From an uncultured bacterium (lineage in GTDB: Bacteria > Electryoneota > RPQS01), in the NCBI GenBank assembly GCA_963735175.1, contig CAVTJX010000018.1:132872-196871 (forward strand): a stretch of DNA of 64,000 nucleotides, in the 5' to 3' direction. The notes under the pieces were generated by a model, which was not told the DNA's origin, searched no databases, and saw only the letters and a program-made list of their open reading frames with translations. Position 1 is the stretch's first letter, and each line of letters begins with the position of its first letter. Shown one piece after another: positions 32,317-45,112 of the stretch. A program made the position numbers and the translations under genes.

Positions 32317-35023
32317 TCAGTAAGAATCAAGACCTTTTTGGGCGATTGGCAGGGTGAGAGTAAACATGGCTCCCTCAGTTTTACGGGATGTCACCTCTAA
32401 TCGACCGTTATGATTTCGCATGATTTGGGCGCAAATTGCCAAGCCCAGACCAGATCCGGAAGGCTTGGTTGTAAAAAACGCCTCAAAGATCTTCTCTAAA
32501 TGCTCCGGCGCGATTCCCGGTCCGTTATCTTTCAGCGCGGCCTGAACCACAGTGTTTGTGGAGCGTGTGATAAACGTGAGTTTACCGCCGTTCTGCAGCT
32601 CTTGCAGCGCATTCCGGACAATGTTCAACAGCACCTGCCGGATCTGCTGCCCATCCGCCCATACTCGCGGCAGGTTCGGATCCAGTTCGTAGACCACATT
32701 CACCGCATTTGGATCGATCTCGGTACCCATAAAATGAACGGTCTGCATAATCAGAGCGTTCAAGTCTAATTCTCCGAATCGAGGGACAGCCGGTCGCGTG
32801 AATTCGAGGAGTGACGACAACATGTGCTCCAGGCGGTCCGTCTCTTCAAGAATTACTTCTATCTTGCGCCGGTTCTTATCATGTCTCGCCGAGCGTCGTG
32901 TACACCGCGCGGGCAAAGCCGCCGATGGCCGTCAGTGGATTGCGGATCTCATGGGCGACCGAGGCAGCCACTTCGCCGATGGCCGATAGCCGCTCGGTCT
33001 TGATCAGGCGGTCGCGGCTGACCTTCAGATCCTGGTTGGCCAGCATCAATTCGTGCAGCCGCCGCTCAAGGTTGATCAACAGCCGGCTGCGCTCGATGGC
33101 CGACGCCGCGCTGTTGGCGAATAGTTTCAGCCGATGCAGGTCCACATCGCGGATCGGCCGCTGCGTGAAGAGGTTATCCACCAGCAAGACCCCCATCACG
33201 TCGTCCCGCGTCACCAGCGGTACGATTGCGAATTCGCGCGGTGAATAAAGCGCCAGGAAATCCGGCGACAGATGGGAATTCACATCGCTCAAATTTACGC
33301 GCAGGGTCTCGCGGTTGCGGATCGCTTGCGCGAACAGATTTAGATCGTCATCCAGGGTAATCGCGAATGTCCGCGCGAACTCGAACGATTCATCGGCGTC
33401 TTCGGGAAACGAGCGGATCATCTCGTCGAGAATCTCGGAAAGCGAGAGCCCCTTCGCCTCCAGATTCGTCCAGATACGTCCCGCCTCTTCAGCCGAACGC
33501 GGTCCCAGCCCCGCTTCTCCGCGCAGCTCGTTATTGACCTTGTCATAGCTGAGGATGAAGGCGCGGTTAAAGCCGAGGCCCTTGCCCGCCGTGACGCCCG
33601 TCAGCACGATGCCCATCACGCTCTGCAGGTCCACCGCCGACTGCAGCGCGTCGCTGACCTCGGACAGCACCTGCAATTCCATCACGCGCTGCCCGAGGAT
33701 CTCGTTCATCCGCTTCTGTTCGGAGATATCGCGGATGATCGCCTGATAATAGCTCTTGCCTTCCAGTTCGTAGACGCTGGCGGCGGTATCGACCTGCAGT
33801 TCGCTGCCGTCCCGCGCGATCAGTGAGGCGTCTTCAAACCGGCCCACTCCGGCGAGCATCACTTCCGCGATGCGGCGGCGCACTTCATCGGCCTGCTCCG
33901 CGCGGCGCAGATCGAGCACCGACATGTTAAGCAGTTCGGCGCGCGAATAGCCCGTCAGCTTCTCCGCCTGCGGATTCACATCCATGATGTCGCAACTGTC
34001 CGGATCGACGAGCAGAATCGCGTCATACGCGTTTTCCGTCAGCGCGCGATAGCGCCGTTCGGATTCGGCGATCTGCTCTTCGAGGCGCCGCTTTTCGGTC
34101 ACGTCCCGCGCCACCCCCAGCGCGCCCACGACCATGCCGGCTTCGATCTGTGGATTAACCGCCACGAAGACCACTACCTCGCGCCGGTCGGGACGGATCA
34201 GCCGCAGGTCCAGGCGGACCGCGTTTCCGCGAAAAACATCCTCATAGGCGTTGCGCGCGCGCATGGCGTCCTGCGGACCGACAAAATCCAGCACCTTGAC
34301 ACCGCGCACTTCGCGCCATTCAACGCCCAGCAATTCGCGCACCTGCCGGCTGACAAATGTAAACTTGCCCTCGCGATTCACCCGGAAGATCACATCGCTG
34401 ACATTGTCCACCAGGGAACGGTACGTCGCTTCGTTCTTCTCCAGTTCGCGTGCCAGCCAGCTCTGTTCCACCGATTGCGCAATCTCCAGCAGGAATACCT
34501 GGATCAAACTCAGCATTTCCTCCGTCCGCAGCGATTCGTCCGCAGAAATCAGTTCGGCCAGACCGATCCGCCGCCCATCTTGATTGCGCAGTGGCAACAG
34601 TACCCGATCCTCCATCCCGCTGTCCCCGGTGGATTCTCCCAAGCCGTTCCCGGCGGACCCGGCATCGAGCTGTTTACTCAGTGCCGTGTAACGGTCGAGC
34701 GATTCGCCGTCTGTGACTACCGCAGCGCCGGAACCGGCGGAAAGCAGCCCTTGCTCCGGATCCTCAAGATACAGCGAGCACCGTCCGAAAAAGTGCGGTC
34801 CACTCAACGCTTCCACCGCCATGCGCAGCTTTTCGGCGATCGTGGGCGCGGTCAACAATCCCGGCACACAGTGAAACAGTTCCGAAAGGCGTTCCTTGAC
34901 GAGCAGGACCGAACCGATGCCATCCGTACGCTTCGGAGTCTTGACCTTTATGGCCTGAGAGTCTGCCCTATCGCGAGTATGGTCCCGATCCGCCTGCACG
35001 AGTCTTTCCTTTCCACGGTTCAC
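32317..35023 (-). CDS. Multi-PAS/GAF sensor histidine kinase (HisKA + HATPase_c), frame-disrupted near 32900
   Basis: Several PAS/GAF-like segments, then the H-box [13 protein letters not shown]. The HATPase N/G boxes ([21 protein letters not shown]) are in ORF 32317..32916, in another frame. Confidence 0.75.
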
Positions 35024-35068
35024 AGCAACAACAAGCCCCCGTCCATGTTTGCGGGCATGGAACGGGTT

Positions 35069-35455
35069 TCATACCCATCCGCCAGAGATGCGCTGCCGTT
35101 TGAGAACTACTATCCCGGCGGCCAACGAAACGGGCGACCGCCGAGCAGAATGCACGTGCAGGTGCCACACCGATTGCCCGGCTTCTTCACCGTTGTTGAG
35201 GACCAACCGGTAGCCTTGCTCGTCCATTCCGAGTTCGTGAGCCAGTGTCGAGGCCTCATAAATGAGCGTCCCTAACAGCCCCGCATCTTCCGCGTTCACA
35301 TCGGCCAACCGTTCAATGTGTTTTTTCGGAACGAGCAGCACGTGCTGCGGCGCCTGCGGGCTGATGTCGCGAAAGGCGAGGACGTCCGCCGTCTCCCGCA
35401 CCTTCGCCGCGGGAATTTCTCCCGCGATGATTTTGCAGAATAAGCAGTCGCTCAT
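35069..35455 (-). CDS. HIT-family (Hint-like) nucleotide hydrolase
   Basis: 128 aa with the histidine triad HLHVH and an N-terminus CLFCKIIAGEIPA. Confidence 0.85.
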   Translation of the reverse strand: MSDCLFCKIIAGEIPAAKVRETADVLAFRDISPQAPQHVLLVPKKHIERLADVNAEDAGLLGTLIYEASTLAHELGMDEQGYRLVLNNGEEAGQSVWHLHVHSARRSPVSLAAGIVVLKRQRISGGWV

Positions 35456-35464
35456 GGCAGTAGT

Positions 35465-35551
35465 TTATGCGGTTTTTTTCTGACCGGCGAGGCGGGCGGC
35501 TTTCAGCTTGGCTTTGAGCTTCGCGGCTTTCCGACGGTGGCGGATTTTCAT
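35465..35551 (-). CDS. Candidate 28-aa highly basic small protein (MKIRHRRKAAKLKAKLKAARLAGQKKTA)
   Basis: ATG to TAA, with GC-rich third codon positions consistent with the genome. It lies 9 nt upstream of the hit start on the same strand, and an AT-rich promoter-like tract sits upstream at 35690-35740. No homolog was recognised from memory. Confidence 0.3.
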   Translation of the reverse strand: MKIRHRRKAAKLKAKLKAARLAGQKKTA

Positions 35552-35841
35552 TTCGGCACGATGTCTTCAGCATCGAGTTCCTCCGGTTTGGGAATAAATG
35601 GGTGGGAATCATACTCAATATGGAGAGCCTGCCGGACAATAGCAAGCGCGATTCCTTGTAAGTCCATGGCATACCCGCAAATGATAGCTTAGTACTATAT
35701 AATCAATATTATAATTATGTAATTCGTCAATCCTGCGCTTTCTCGCCAGCGATTACCAGCACCCAACTGAACGGGTTTCGAATATCGCCGAGCACGGAAC
35801 ACCCCTCCTCTTGACAAACTTGAATAGTTTGCGTAAATTGA

Positions 35842-35913
35842 AGGTTCCTTTTCCGGAGTAGCTCAGCGGTAGAGCGGGTGGCTGTTAACCACTAGGCCGG
35901 GGGTTCGAATCCC
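35842..35913 (+). tRNA. tRNA-Asn (anticodon GTT)
   Basis: Manual fold gives a 7-bp acceptor stem TCCGGAG/CTCCGGA, a D-arm GCTC-AGCGGTA-GAGC, an anticodon stem GGTGG/CCACT with loop CTGTTAA, and a T-arm with loop TTCGAAT. No CCA is encoded. Confidence 0.9.
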
Positions 35914-35965
35914 TCCTCCGGAGCTCGATTCCAGAGTCAAAGAACCGCATGGCTCGTGGGTTTGC

Positions 35966-36002
35966 AAAAAGCTCTGAAGACGAATTCTTCAGAGCTTTCT
36001 GT
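35966..36002 (+). terminator. Rho-independent terminator downstream of tRNA-Asn
   Basis: AGCTCTGAAGA-cgaat-TCTTCAGAGCT hairpin followed by TTTCTGTTTT. Confidence 0.5.
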
Positions 36003-36179
36003 TTTATCTGCAACTAATGCAAGGATTTGTGACAAATCTGTGGTTGTACAACATTCTCCGGTTGAAAATCCGCTCGATGGATTCGGCCCCTACATGGGAA
36101 ATGTGATTGAGATTGAAAGTAGCGCTATCAGTCGTAATTCCTAAGTCTGCCGATGACGTCGGCATATGGTCAAGCGCTC

Positions 36180-36744
36180 CCGCAGGCAAATGCGGCATCG
36201 GCTGAAATTGAAAAGCCCGCTCTCGAGCGGCGACGCTCGCTGGGAAGCTCGCTCTTTCTCCTGGGGAATTTTGCTCCGGGAGATCCTGCCCAACTATCTT
36301 TCAATTGAACTACGGCTACGATCTTACCCCGCAATGATGCCATAATCGCTGAGGCGATTACGTGGACGTATTACGAACCCTTGGGTACATACGGATCTTC
36401 TGATAGAATTATACCCGGGTAAGATCAGGGCCTACGGTTTGGTGTGGGTTATCAGCGATTTTACTGGAAGCAGTGTGTATTCGACGGTGCAGGCAACTCC
36501 TTTTATCCAGCAGTTCTTTGATTCGGAAAACAACAGGATTCAAGACGGATTTCAGTTGTTTCTTCAGCTCCGACTCGGTTATCGCGTGGAATTCTTTCAG
36601 CGGCGCTGGTTCCTGGAACCATCGGTCGCTTTCAATTATTGGCCGGTGAACACTGACTTTCCCGATTCCTTCGAGGATATCGAGAGCGGATCACCAAACT
36701 ATTTCCTGTTCGAGCCGGGTCTCCATTTCGGATATAAATTCTGA
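36180..36744 (+). pseudogene. Degraded outer-membrane beta-barrel gene remnant in a low-GC spacer
   Basis: The last 101 codons (36439..36744) end in the barrel C-terminal signature ...LFEPGLHFGYKF*. Upstream beta-strand-like segments (SLFLLGNFAPGD..., LNYGYDLTPQ, IRAYGLVWVISDF) lie in other frames. No signal peptide was found. Confidence 0.35.
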
Positions 36745-36812
36745 CAGAACGGTTTTAACCGATCGGGAGTTTTTACTGTATTCCCGGACAGTTTCCAAGG
36801 AGTTCCACCGTT

Positions 36813-37548
36813 ATGAACCGCCGCTTCCCCGAATACTTCTGGGGTATTCTCACCCTGGCTTTGGCCACGGTCGTCGCCGCCTTTGTAATTGGCAGCGCGC
36901 TGCGGCAATTCCGAGGCTCCCAGGACGTCATCACTGTCACCGGTTCCGCGCGCCGTCCCATTCGCTCCGATTTCGTCGTCTGGCGCTGCGCCGTTGCCAG
37001 CCAGCAGCCGACCATGCAGACCGCCTATCAGGATGTGCAACGCTATTCCGAACGTGTCCGCGCCTATCTGCGCGATGCCGGAATCCCCGATTCCGTCATC
37101 ACTCAGCCCGCCCTCGACACCGAACAGATTCCCGAGTTTCTCTCCAGCGGCCAGCCTTCCGGTCGGATCGCAGCCTACCGGCTGCAGCAACGGTTTGAAG
37201 TGCGTTCCAATCAGGTCGATCCGATTGCTACCCTTGCCCGGAAGTCGTCGGAGCTTATCACAGAAGGCATTCCGACTGACGTCGTTTTCGCCCGAGTTTC
37301 TTTATACGAAACTGGCCGAGGTACGCGTAGATATGCTGGCCGAGGCAACAACGGACGCGAAGACGCGCGCCACTCGGATTGCCGAGGCGGCCGGTTCTCG
37401 AGTTCGCATCCTGCGTAACGCACGGATGGGTGTTTTTCAAATTACCGCCCGCAATTCCACAGATGTAAGTGATTATGGCATTTACGATACCTCGTCCTTG
37501 GAAAAAGACATCACCGCCGTGGTCAGCTTGAGCTTTGCTCTCGACTAA
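36813..37548 (+). CDS. SIMPL-domain (DUF541 / YggE-like) periplasmic protein, frame-disrupted near 37290
   Basis: N-terminal TM/signal segment then a SIMPL-like body. The C-terminus (...RVRILRNARMGVFQITARNSTDVSDYGIYDTSSLEKDITAVVSLSFALD*) lies in the frame of ORF 36889..37548. Confidence 0.65.
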
Positions 37549-37795
37549 GCTAATTAATAATATATATTTGAAAAGACGGACGGATTGCCCATCTGTTTGC
37601 CTCAGAAGCCACAGGCACACTTCCCTGCATCGGTCAGTCTGAATTGCAAAATAGTCTGAAAGGTATTACCTTATCATCTGTTTCACTTCCGAATAACCCG
37701 CACCCATAAAGATCCGCTTGTGGGCGCGAAATTCACCCATCCCCTGTCCCCGCGCTGACCCGCTATCCGGTTAGCGGCCAATCCTGAGTCCGGCC

Positions 37796-39014
37796 ATGCC
37801 CTCCATCTCTCCCGCCACCCGCACTGCCAATGTGACCTACGCCGTGCGCGACATCGTGGTTCTTGCCAATCAGGTCGCCAAGACTGGTAAAGAAATGCTT
37901 TACCTGAATATCGGCGACCCGAACCTGTTTGACTTTGAGACCCCGCGCCATATCGTCGATGCCACCTACGACGCGATGCTCCATAACCAGAACGGCTATT
38001 CGCCGTCTTCGGGCATCAAGGACGCCGTCAGCGCCATCGAACGCGAAGCGCACCGCAAGGGCATCAGCAATGTGCTCGATATTTTCGTCACGTACCGGCG
38101 CCAGCGAGGCAATCGAACTCTGTCTGAACGCCCTCGTCAACGCCGGCGAGAATGTGCTCACCCCCACTCCCGGCTACCCGCTCTACACGGCGATCCTGGC
38201 GAAGCTCGAAGCCGTCGAGAACCCCTATTACCTCGACGAAGCCAACGGCTGGCAGCCCAGCCTCGAGGACATCACCTCGAAGATCAACGCCAAGACTCGC
38301 GCCATTGTGCTTATCAATCCGAACAATCCCACGGGTTCCGTCTGCGATGAGCACACGATGCGCGGGATCATCGACCTCGCGCTGAAGCACAATCTCGTAA
38401 TCTTCGCCGACGAAATCTACGACAAGCTGATCATGGACGGCGGCACGCACGTCTCCCTCGCCTCACTGAATCCCGATGTGTCGTGTATTACATTCAATGG
38501 GTTGTCGAAATCGTATCTCGCGCCGGGGTTTCGTATCGGCTGGGGTATCGTCAGCGGCCGCAGCGCCGTGCTGCGCGAGTACACAGAGGCCATCAACAAG
38601 CTGCTACGCGCCCGCATCTGCGCCAATCATCCGATTCAGCACTCCATCGCCGCTGCTCTCGGCGAGAACCAGACGCATTTGAAGTCCGTGATCGCCAAAC
38701 TGACGCGCCGCCGCAATATGACGACCGAACGGCTGAACGCCATCCCCGGCATTTCCTGCGTCCCGGCCGAAGGCGCGTTCTACGCTTTTCCCCGGCTGCA
38801 CATCTCCGGCTCCGATCAGGAATGGGTGCAGGGACTGATCCGCGAGACGGGTGTCGTCGTCGTTCCCGGCTCGGGTTTTGGCCAGATACCCGGCACGCGC
38901 CATTTCCGCGTCGTCTTCCTGCCCACGGAAGACGTGCTCGACAAGGCGTTTTCACAAATCGAAAAGTACATGGCCGTCTATCTGGAGAAGCACCCGGACG
39001 AAGTGCTCGTCTGA
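37796..39014 (+). CDS. Class I/II pyridoxal-phosphate aminotransferase (alanine/aspartate aminotransferase-like), frame-disrupted near 38088
   Basis: NPNNPTG and the PLP-lysine region FNGLSKSY; one extra T separates DIFVT from TGASEAIEL. Confidence 0.8.
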
Positions 39015-39064
39015 GAAGAATTGCTCCACCGGTCCGGCCCAATCAAACTTGAAAGGCAGTTGTC

Positions 39065-39623
39065 ATGATCCGTTTCGTTACCATCCTTGTGATCATCGCG
39101 CTGTGCGCCGGCCTGGCGTCCGCCGAGCCCGTCACCAAGACCTTCGGCACGGCGCCCACGCTGACCGCAGCCACCGCGATCTCCAAGCTGAACAGCGAAC
39201 CCCAGACCTTCGTCGATAAGGACGTGCTCGTCACGGGCAAGGTCGTCAATATGTGCCAGCACAAGGGTTGCTGGCTTGAGATCGAAGCGGCCGACAGCTC
39301 GCGCATTCTCTGCAAGAGCTTTGGCGACAAGGTCACGTTTTCCAAGGACGTGCTCGGTCAGATGATTCAGCTTCAGGGCAAGCTCGTGATCGACAAGCCG
39401 AAGCCGGCTGAAGAAGCTCCGAAGGCGGACGTCAAGGCCGCGGAAGCCGTGAAGGCGGAAGTCGCGGCGGAAAAGCCAGCCGCAGACGCACCCGCCACTG
39501 CAGTTGCGGATGTGAAGGCGGATGTGAAGGAAGGACGCGAAAGAAGCCCCACACGCCTGCCCGGTGCAGAAGGTCATGATCCACCTCGAAGGCGCAACCG
39601 TGCAGATCGCCGAAGCGAAGTAA
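39065..39623 (+). CDS. DUF4920 secreted protein with an A/K/E/P-rich linker, frame-disrupted near 39530
   Basis: Signal peptide and the VTGKVVNMCQHKGCWLEIE motif. The true C-terminus ...EAPHACPVQKVMIHLEGATVQIAEAK* is in another frame. Confidence 0.55.
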
Positions 39624-39649
39624 TTTCTTTTCCCGCTCGATAAGATAAA

Positions 39650-39678
39650 CCCCCGGCCTTCGCCGGGGGTTTTCTTTA
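39650..39678 (+). terminator. Rho-independent terminator
   Basis: Perfect 8-bp GC stem CCCCCGGC-cttc-GCCGGGGG followed by TTTTCTTT. Confidence 0.7.
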
Positions 39679-39807
39679 GGCCATGGATGGATCTTTATCC
39701 GCGGTGATGACGCTCAGGAGTCACACCTCTGTCGATCCCCAGAGCAACAGACGGGGGCCCCATTCACTTCGTTCAGGACGGCTTCTGGAAAGGCCCACGG
39801 CGAGTGC

Positions 39808-39836
39808 AAAAAAGCGCGGGGTAAGGAAACCCGCGC
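39808..39836 (-). terminator. Rho-independent terminator after nuoN
   Basis: GCGCGGG/CCCGCGC stem with a 9-nt loop, and a six-A run on the plus strand giving a T-run on the minus strand. Confidence 0.55.
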
Positions 39837-39930
39837 GGCGTTCTTTCATAGCGGTATGATCCAGCCAGCGAAGCGGCGGCAATCTTGGGCGTCAGCGCAT
39901 CGGATTGAACGTCACGTTCACGGCAGGCTG

Positions 39931-41370
39931 CTAGGGCAGGTTCAGCGTGACCAGTTGCAGCAATTGCTCGGGGAAGATGCCGACGAGCAGGATAATCAGC
40001 GAAGACACTACCAGCGCCGCGCGGTAAGCCATGGGCTGCGCCACCGGCGACTCATCCTCGGCGCGGCTCATGTAAAGCAGCGTGATCACCCGCAGATAAT
40101 AGTACGCTCCCAGGGCGCTGTTCAACAGACCGATCACGGCCAGCAAAATGTGACCCTGCTGGATCGCCGCCGAAAAGATGTAGAGCTTGCCAAAGAAGCC
40201 CGCCGTGGGCGGCACGCCCGTCAGCGATAGCAGGAAGACCGACATCGTGATCCCTAAGAGCGGGTGCACCAGGCCCATTCCCCGGAAGGAGTCGTAGCCG
40301 TAGCCGGCGTCTTTCTGCCGATTCAGGAGGATGATTACGGCAAAAGCGCCAAGATTCATCACCGCATAGACCGCGAGGTAGTAGCCCGTCGCCGCGAAGG
40401 CTGCCGGCGTTCCCGCCACGATCCCCACCAGCAGATAGCCCGCGTGTGCAATCGAGGAATAGGCGAGCATCCGCTTGATGCTCGTCTGCCGAAGCGCCAC
40501 CACGTTGCCCACGGTCATCGTGAGAATCGCCAGCCACGTCAGCGCGTCCGTCCACATCAAGGAGGTCGAAGCCAGCGTCACGCCGAAGACGCGGATCAGC
40601 GCCACAAACGCCGCCGCCTTCGGTCCCGTCGACATGAAGGCCGTGATAATTGCCGGCGCGCCGTCGTAGACGTCCGGCGACCAGAAGTGGAACGGCACCG
40701 CCGCCACCTTGAAGGCGAACCCCACCAGCAGCAGGGCGATCCCGGCGATGATCATCGCGTTGGGCTGGAACCCGGCTGCGAAGTATGCCGCGATGGCGCC
40801 GTAGTCGACCGAACCCACCGCCGCGTAAAGCAGCCCGATCCCGTAAAGCACGAAGGCCGAGGAAAACGACCCCAGCACGAAATACTTCAATCCGGCTTCC
40901 GCCGATTTCACATCCGCCCGCTGGAACGCGGCCAGCACGTAGAGCGCCAGCGACATCACCTCGAGGCCGAGGAAGAACAGCAGCAGATTCGCCGCCGACG
41001 CCATCACCATCATGCCGAAGACGGCCACCAGTAGCAGCGAATAGTATTCGCCCAGCCGCATGTTGCGCGAGCGCAGGTAGTGCGGCGAGAAAAGCACCGT
41101 CAACAGACCGATCACCGCGAACAATGCGCGGAACAGTGAGGCGAAGCCGTCGGCAAATACCGTCCCGGCAAACACCGTGTCGCTGTAACCCCACGTCGCC
41201 ACCGCCGCCACGCCGCTGGCGACGAAGCCCAGGGCCGTCACCACCGGCAGCGCCAGCGACTTCCAGCCGTCACGGCGCATGGCGTCGAGGACGATCACCA
41301 GCAGCGTGGTGATCACCAGGATCGTTTCGGGCAAGACACCCGGCAGGTCAAAGGAGGTGGCGTAGTCCAC
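39931..41370 (-). CDS. nuoN: NADH-quinone oxidoreductase subunit N
   Basis: 479 aa, polytopic, with NuoN/ND2 family conservation. Confidence 0.9.
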   Translation of the reverse strand: MDYATSFDLPGVLPETILVITTLLVIVLDAMRRDGWKSLALPVVTALGFVASGVAAVATWGYSDTVFAGTVFADGFASLFRALFAVIGLLTVLFSPHYLRSRNMRLGEYYSLLLVAVFGMMVMASAANLLLFFLGLEVMSLALYVLAAFQRADVKSAEAGLKYFVLGSFSSAFVLYGIGLLYAAVGSVDYGAIAAYFAAGFQPNAMIIAGIALLLVGFAFKVAAVPFHFWSPDVYDGAPAIITAFMSTGPKAAAFVALIRVFGVTLASTSLMWTDALTWLAILTMTVGNVVALRQTSIKRMLAYSSIAHAGYLLVGIVAGTPAAFAATGYYLAVYAVMNLGAFAVIILLNRQKDAGYGYDSFRGMGLVHPLLGITMSVFLLSLTGVPPTAGFFGKLYIFSAAIQQGHILLAVIGLLNSALGAYYYLRVITLLYMSRAEDESPVAQPMAYRAALVVSSLIILLVGIFPEQLLQLVTLNLP

Positions 41371-41373
41371 GGG

Positions 41374-42875
<1,502 letters not shown>

Positions 42876-42879
<4 letters not shown>

Positions 42880-44805
42880 TTACCGAGCGCCACGACGAGG
42901 AAAGTGGTCAGGATGGCCAACAGGCCAATGCCCATGAAGAGCGCATAGTTTTGCACGATGCCCGTCTGCGCGCGGCGCACGGCCTGGCCGACGCCCCCAA
43001 AGAAGGTGGCGGTGCCATTGATGAATCCGTCGATGGTGCCCTGATCGAAGTACTGTGCCAGCAATTCGGACAGCCGGACAAACGGCTGCGAGATCGCGCG
43101 GTCATAGAACTGATCGACACCGTATTTATTAAGCAGCACCCGGTACAGCGGCGTTTCCGCCAGCGCCTTGGGCGTCGTCGACTTCTTCATATACCACTGG
43201 TAGGCAAGGAAAATGCCCGCCAGCGCAATCAGCACGGAAATCGCCATCACCATGTATTCCACCGAGACGTCGTGCACTTCGCCCACCTCGGCGCCTTCAA
43301 TCACGGCCCCGTGGCGAATCACCGGCTCCAGCCACTGCCCAAACCGGTTGTGCCCGCCCAGCGCGTGCGGCAGGCCGATGTAGCCGCCCACCGCCGACAG
43401 GATCGCCAACACCACCAGCGGCACGGTCATCGCCTTCGGTGACTCGTGCAGGTGATGCTCCTGCGCCTTGGTGCCGCGGAACTTGCCATAGAAGGTCAGG
43501 TACACGAGCCGGAACATGTAAAAGGCCGTGAAAAACGCCGCCACCGAACCCACGGCCCAGAGCAGATAATGATGGCCTTCAAACGCCTTCCAGAAGAATC
43601 TCGTCCTTGGAAAAGAAGCCAGCCAGGCCGGGAACGCCCGCAATCGCCAGCGTGCCGACCAGGAATGTCGCAAAAGTCACCGGCATCTTCGACTTCAGCC
43701 CGCCCATGCTGCGAATGTCCTGCTCCCCCGACATGCCGTGAATTACCGATCCCGACCCTAAAAACAGCAACCCCTTAAAGAAGGCGTGCGTCATCAGATG
43801 AAACACGGCCGCGACATACGCCCCCACGCCGCAGGCGAGGAACATAAAGCCGAGCTGGCTCACCGTCGAATACGCCAGCACCTTCTTAATGTCGTTCTGC
43901 ACGAGGCTGATGGATGCGGCAAAGATCGCCGTGAACGCGCCCACCCCGGCCACTGTCGTCATGGCTACGGGCGAGAGCGAGAACAGGAAGTTCGAGCGCA
44001 CCACCATGTAGACGCCAGCCGTCACCATCGTCGCGGCATGAATCAGCGCCGACACCGGCGTCGGACCCGCCATCGCGTCTGGCAGCCAGACATAAAGCGG
44101 GAACTGCGCCGACTTGCCTACTGCGCCCATAAACAGCAGCAGACAGATGGCAGTAATGACTCCCGCGCCTTCCCCATACAGCCCCGCCATTGGCACGAGC
44201 TGCGTGAACTGCACCGTCCCGAAGGTCGTCCAGATCAGGAAGATCGCCAGCAAAAAGCCAAAGTCGCCGATGCGGTTGACGATGAACGCCTTCTTCCCCG
44301 CCGTCGCCTTGGCCTCATCGGTATACCAGAAGCCGATCAGCAGGTACGAGCACAGGCCGACTCCCTCCCACCCCACGAACATCAGCAGGTAGTTGTTGCC
44401 CATCACGAGCAACAGCATGAAGAAGACGAACAGGTTGAGGTAGACGAAGTACCGCCGGAAGCCGGCGTCCCCGTGCATGTAACCGATGGAATAGACGTGG
44501 ATCAAAAAAGAAACGCCGGTGACGACCAGCATCATCACCAGCGAAAGGGGATCGATCAGAAACGCCGCCGCCGCCTCGAACCGCCCGGCGGAAATCCACG
44601 TGAAGAGTTCCAGTTCATAGCGGCGCGCGTCCGGCGAAAAGCTCAGCAATTCGATGAACGCGCCGCACGTGAACAGAAAGCCCAGCCCGATCATCGCCGC
44701 GGCCAAACCGCCGACCGCCTTTTCGGGGGCGCGGCGCAAGACAAACGTGTTGAGTGCGACACCCAACAGCGGAAACAGCGGAATCAGGAAAACAAGGTCG
44801 AGCAT
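42876..44805 (-). CDS. nuoL: NADH-quinone oxidoreductase subunit L, frame-disrupted near 43600-43670
   Basis: N-terminal 408 aa (43579..44805) and C-terminal 265 aa (42876..43673) lie in different frames with a 95-nt overlap. Confidence 0.85.
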
Positions 44806-44806
44806 A

Positions 44807-45112
44807 TCACCACTTGAGAAGCTTGACCGAATCGATGTTCATTGAACCCTTGTGGCGCCAGATCGAAATCAGAATCGCCAGCCCCACCGCCACCTCGGCC
44901 GCCGCCACGCACATCACAAAGAAGACCAGCACCTGTCCCGTTAGATCCACCCGGTAACGGGCCACGGCCACAAACGTCAGATTCACGGCGTTGAGCATCA
45001 GTTCCACGGACATGAGAATGATAATCATGTTCTTCCGCGTTAGAACGCCCATCACGCCGATGGCAAAAATCACCGCCGACAACAGGAGGTAATGCGTCAT
45101 TTCAATCTGCAC
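44807..45112 (-). CDS. nuoK: NADH-quinone oxidoreductase subunit K
   Basis: 101 aa with three TM helices and NuoK/ND4L conservation. Confidence 0.9.
   Translation of the reverse strand: MQIEMTHYLLLSAVIFAIGVMGVLTRKNMIIILMSVELMLNAVNLTFVAVARYRVDLTGQVLVFFVMCVAAAEVAVGLAILISIWRHKGSMNIDSVKLLKW

Noticed and set aside
35313-35672. 119-aa minus-strand ORF upstream of hit
   Set aside because: It overlaps the promoter-like AT-rich tract and the small basic ORF in another frame, and it has no recognisable features. The 28-aa basic ORF is the better candidate.
40264-41034. 256-aa plus-strand ORF and the long overlapping minus ORF 40052..41194
   Set aside because: Both are alternative frames or antisense of nuoN, with R/G/H-rich composition typical of off-frame high-GC sequence.
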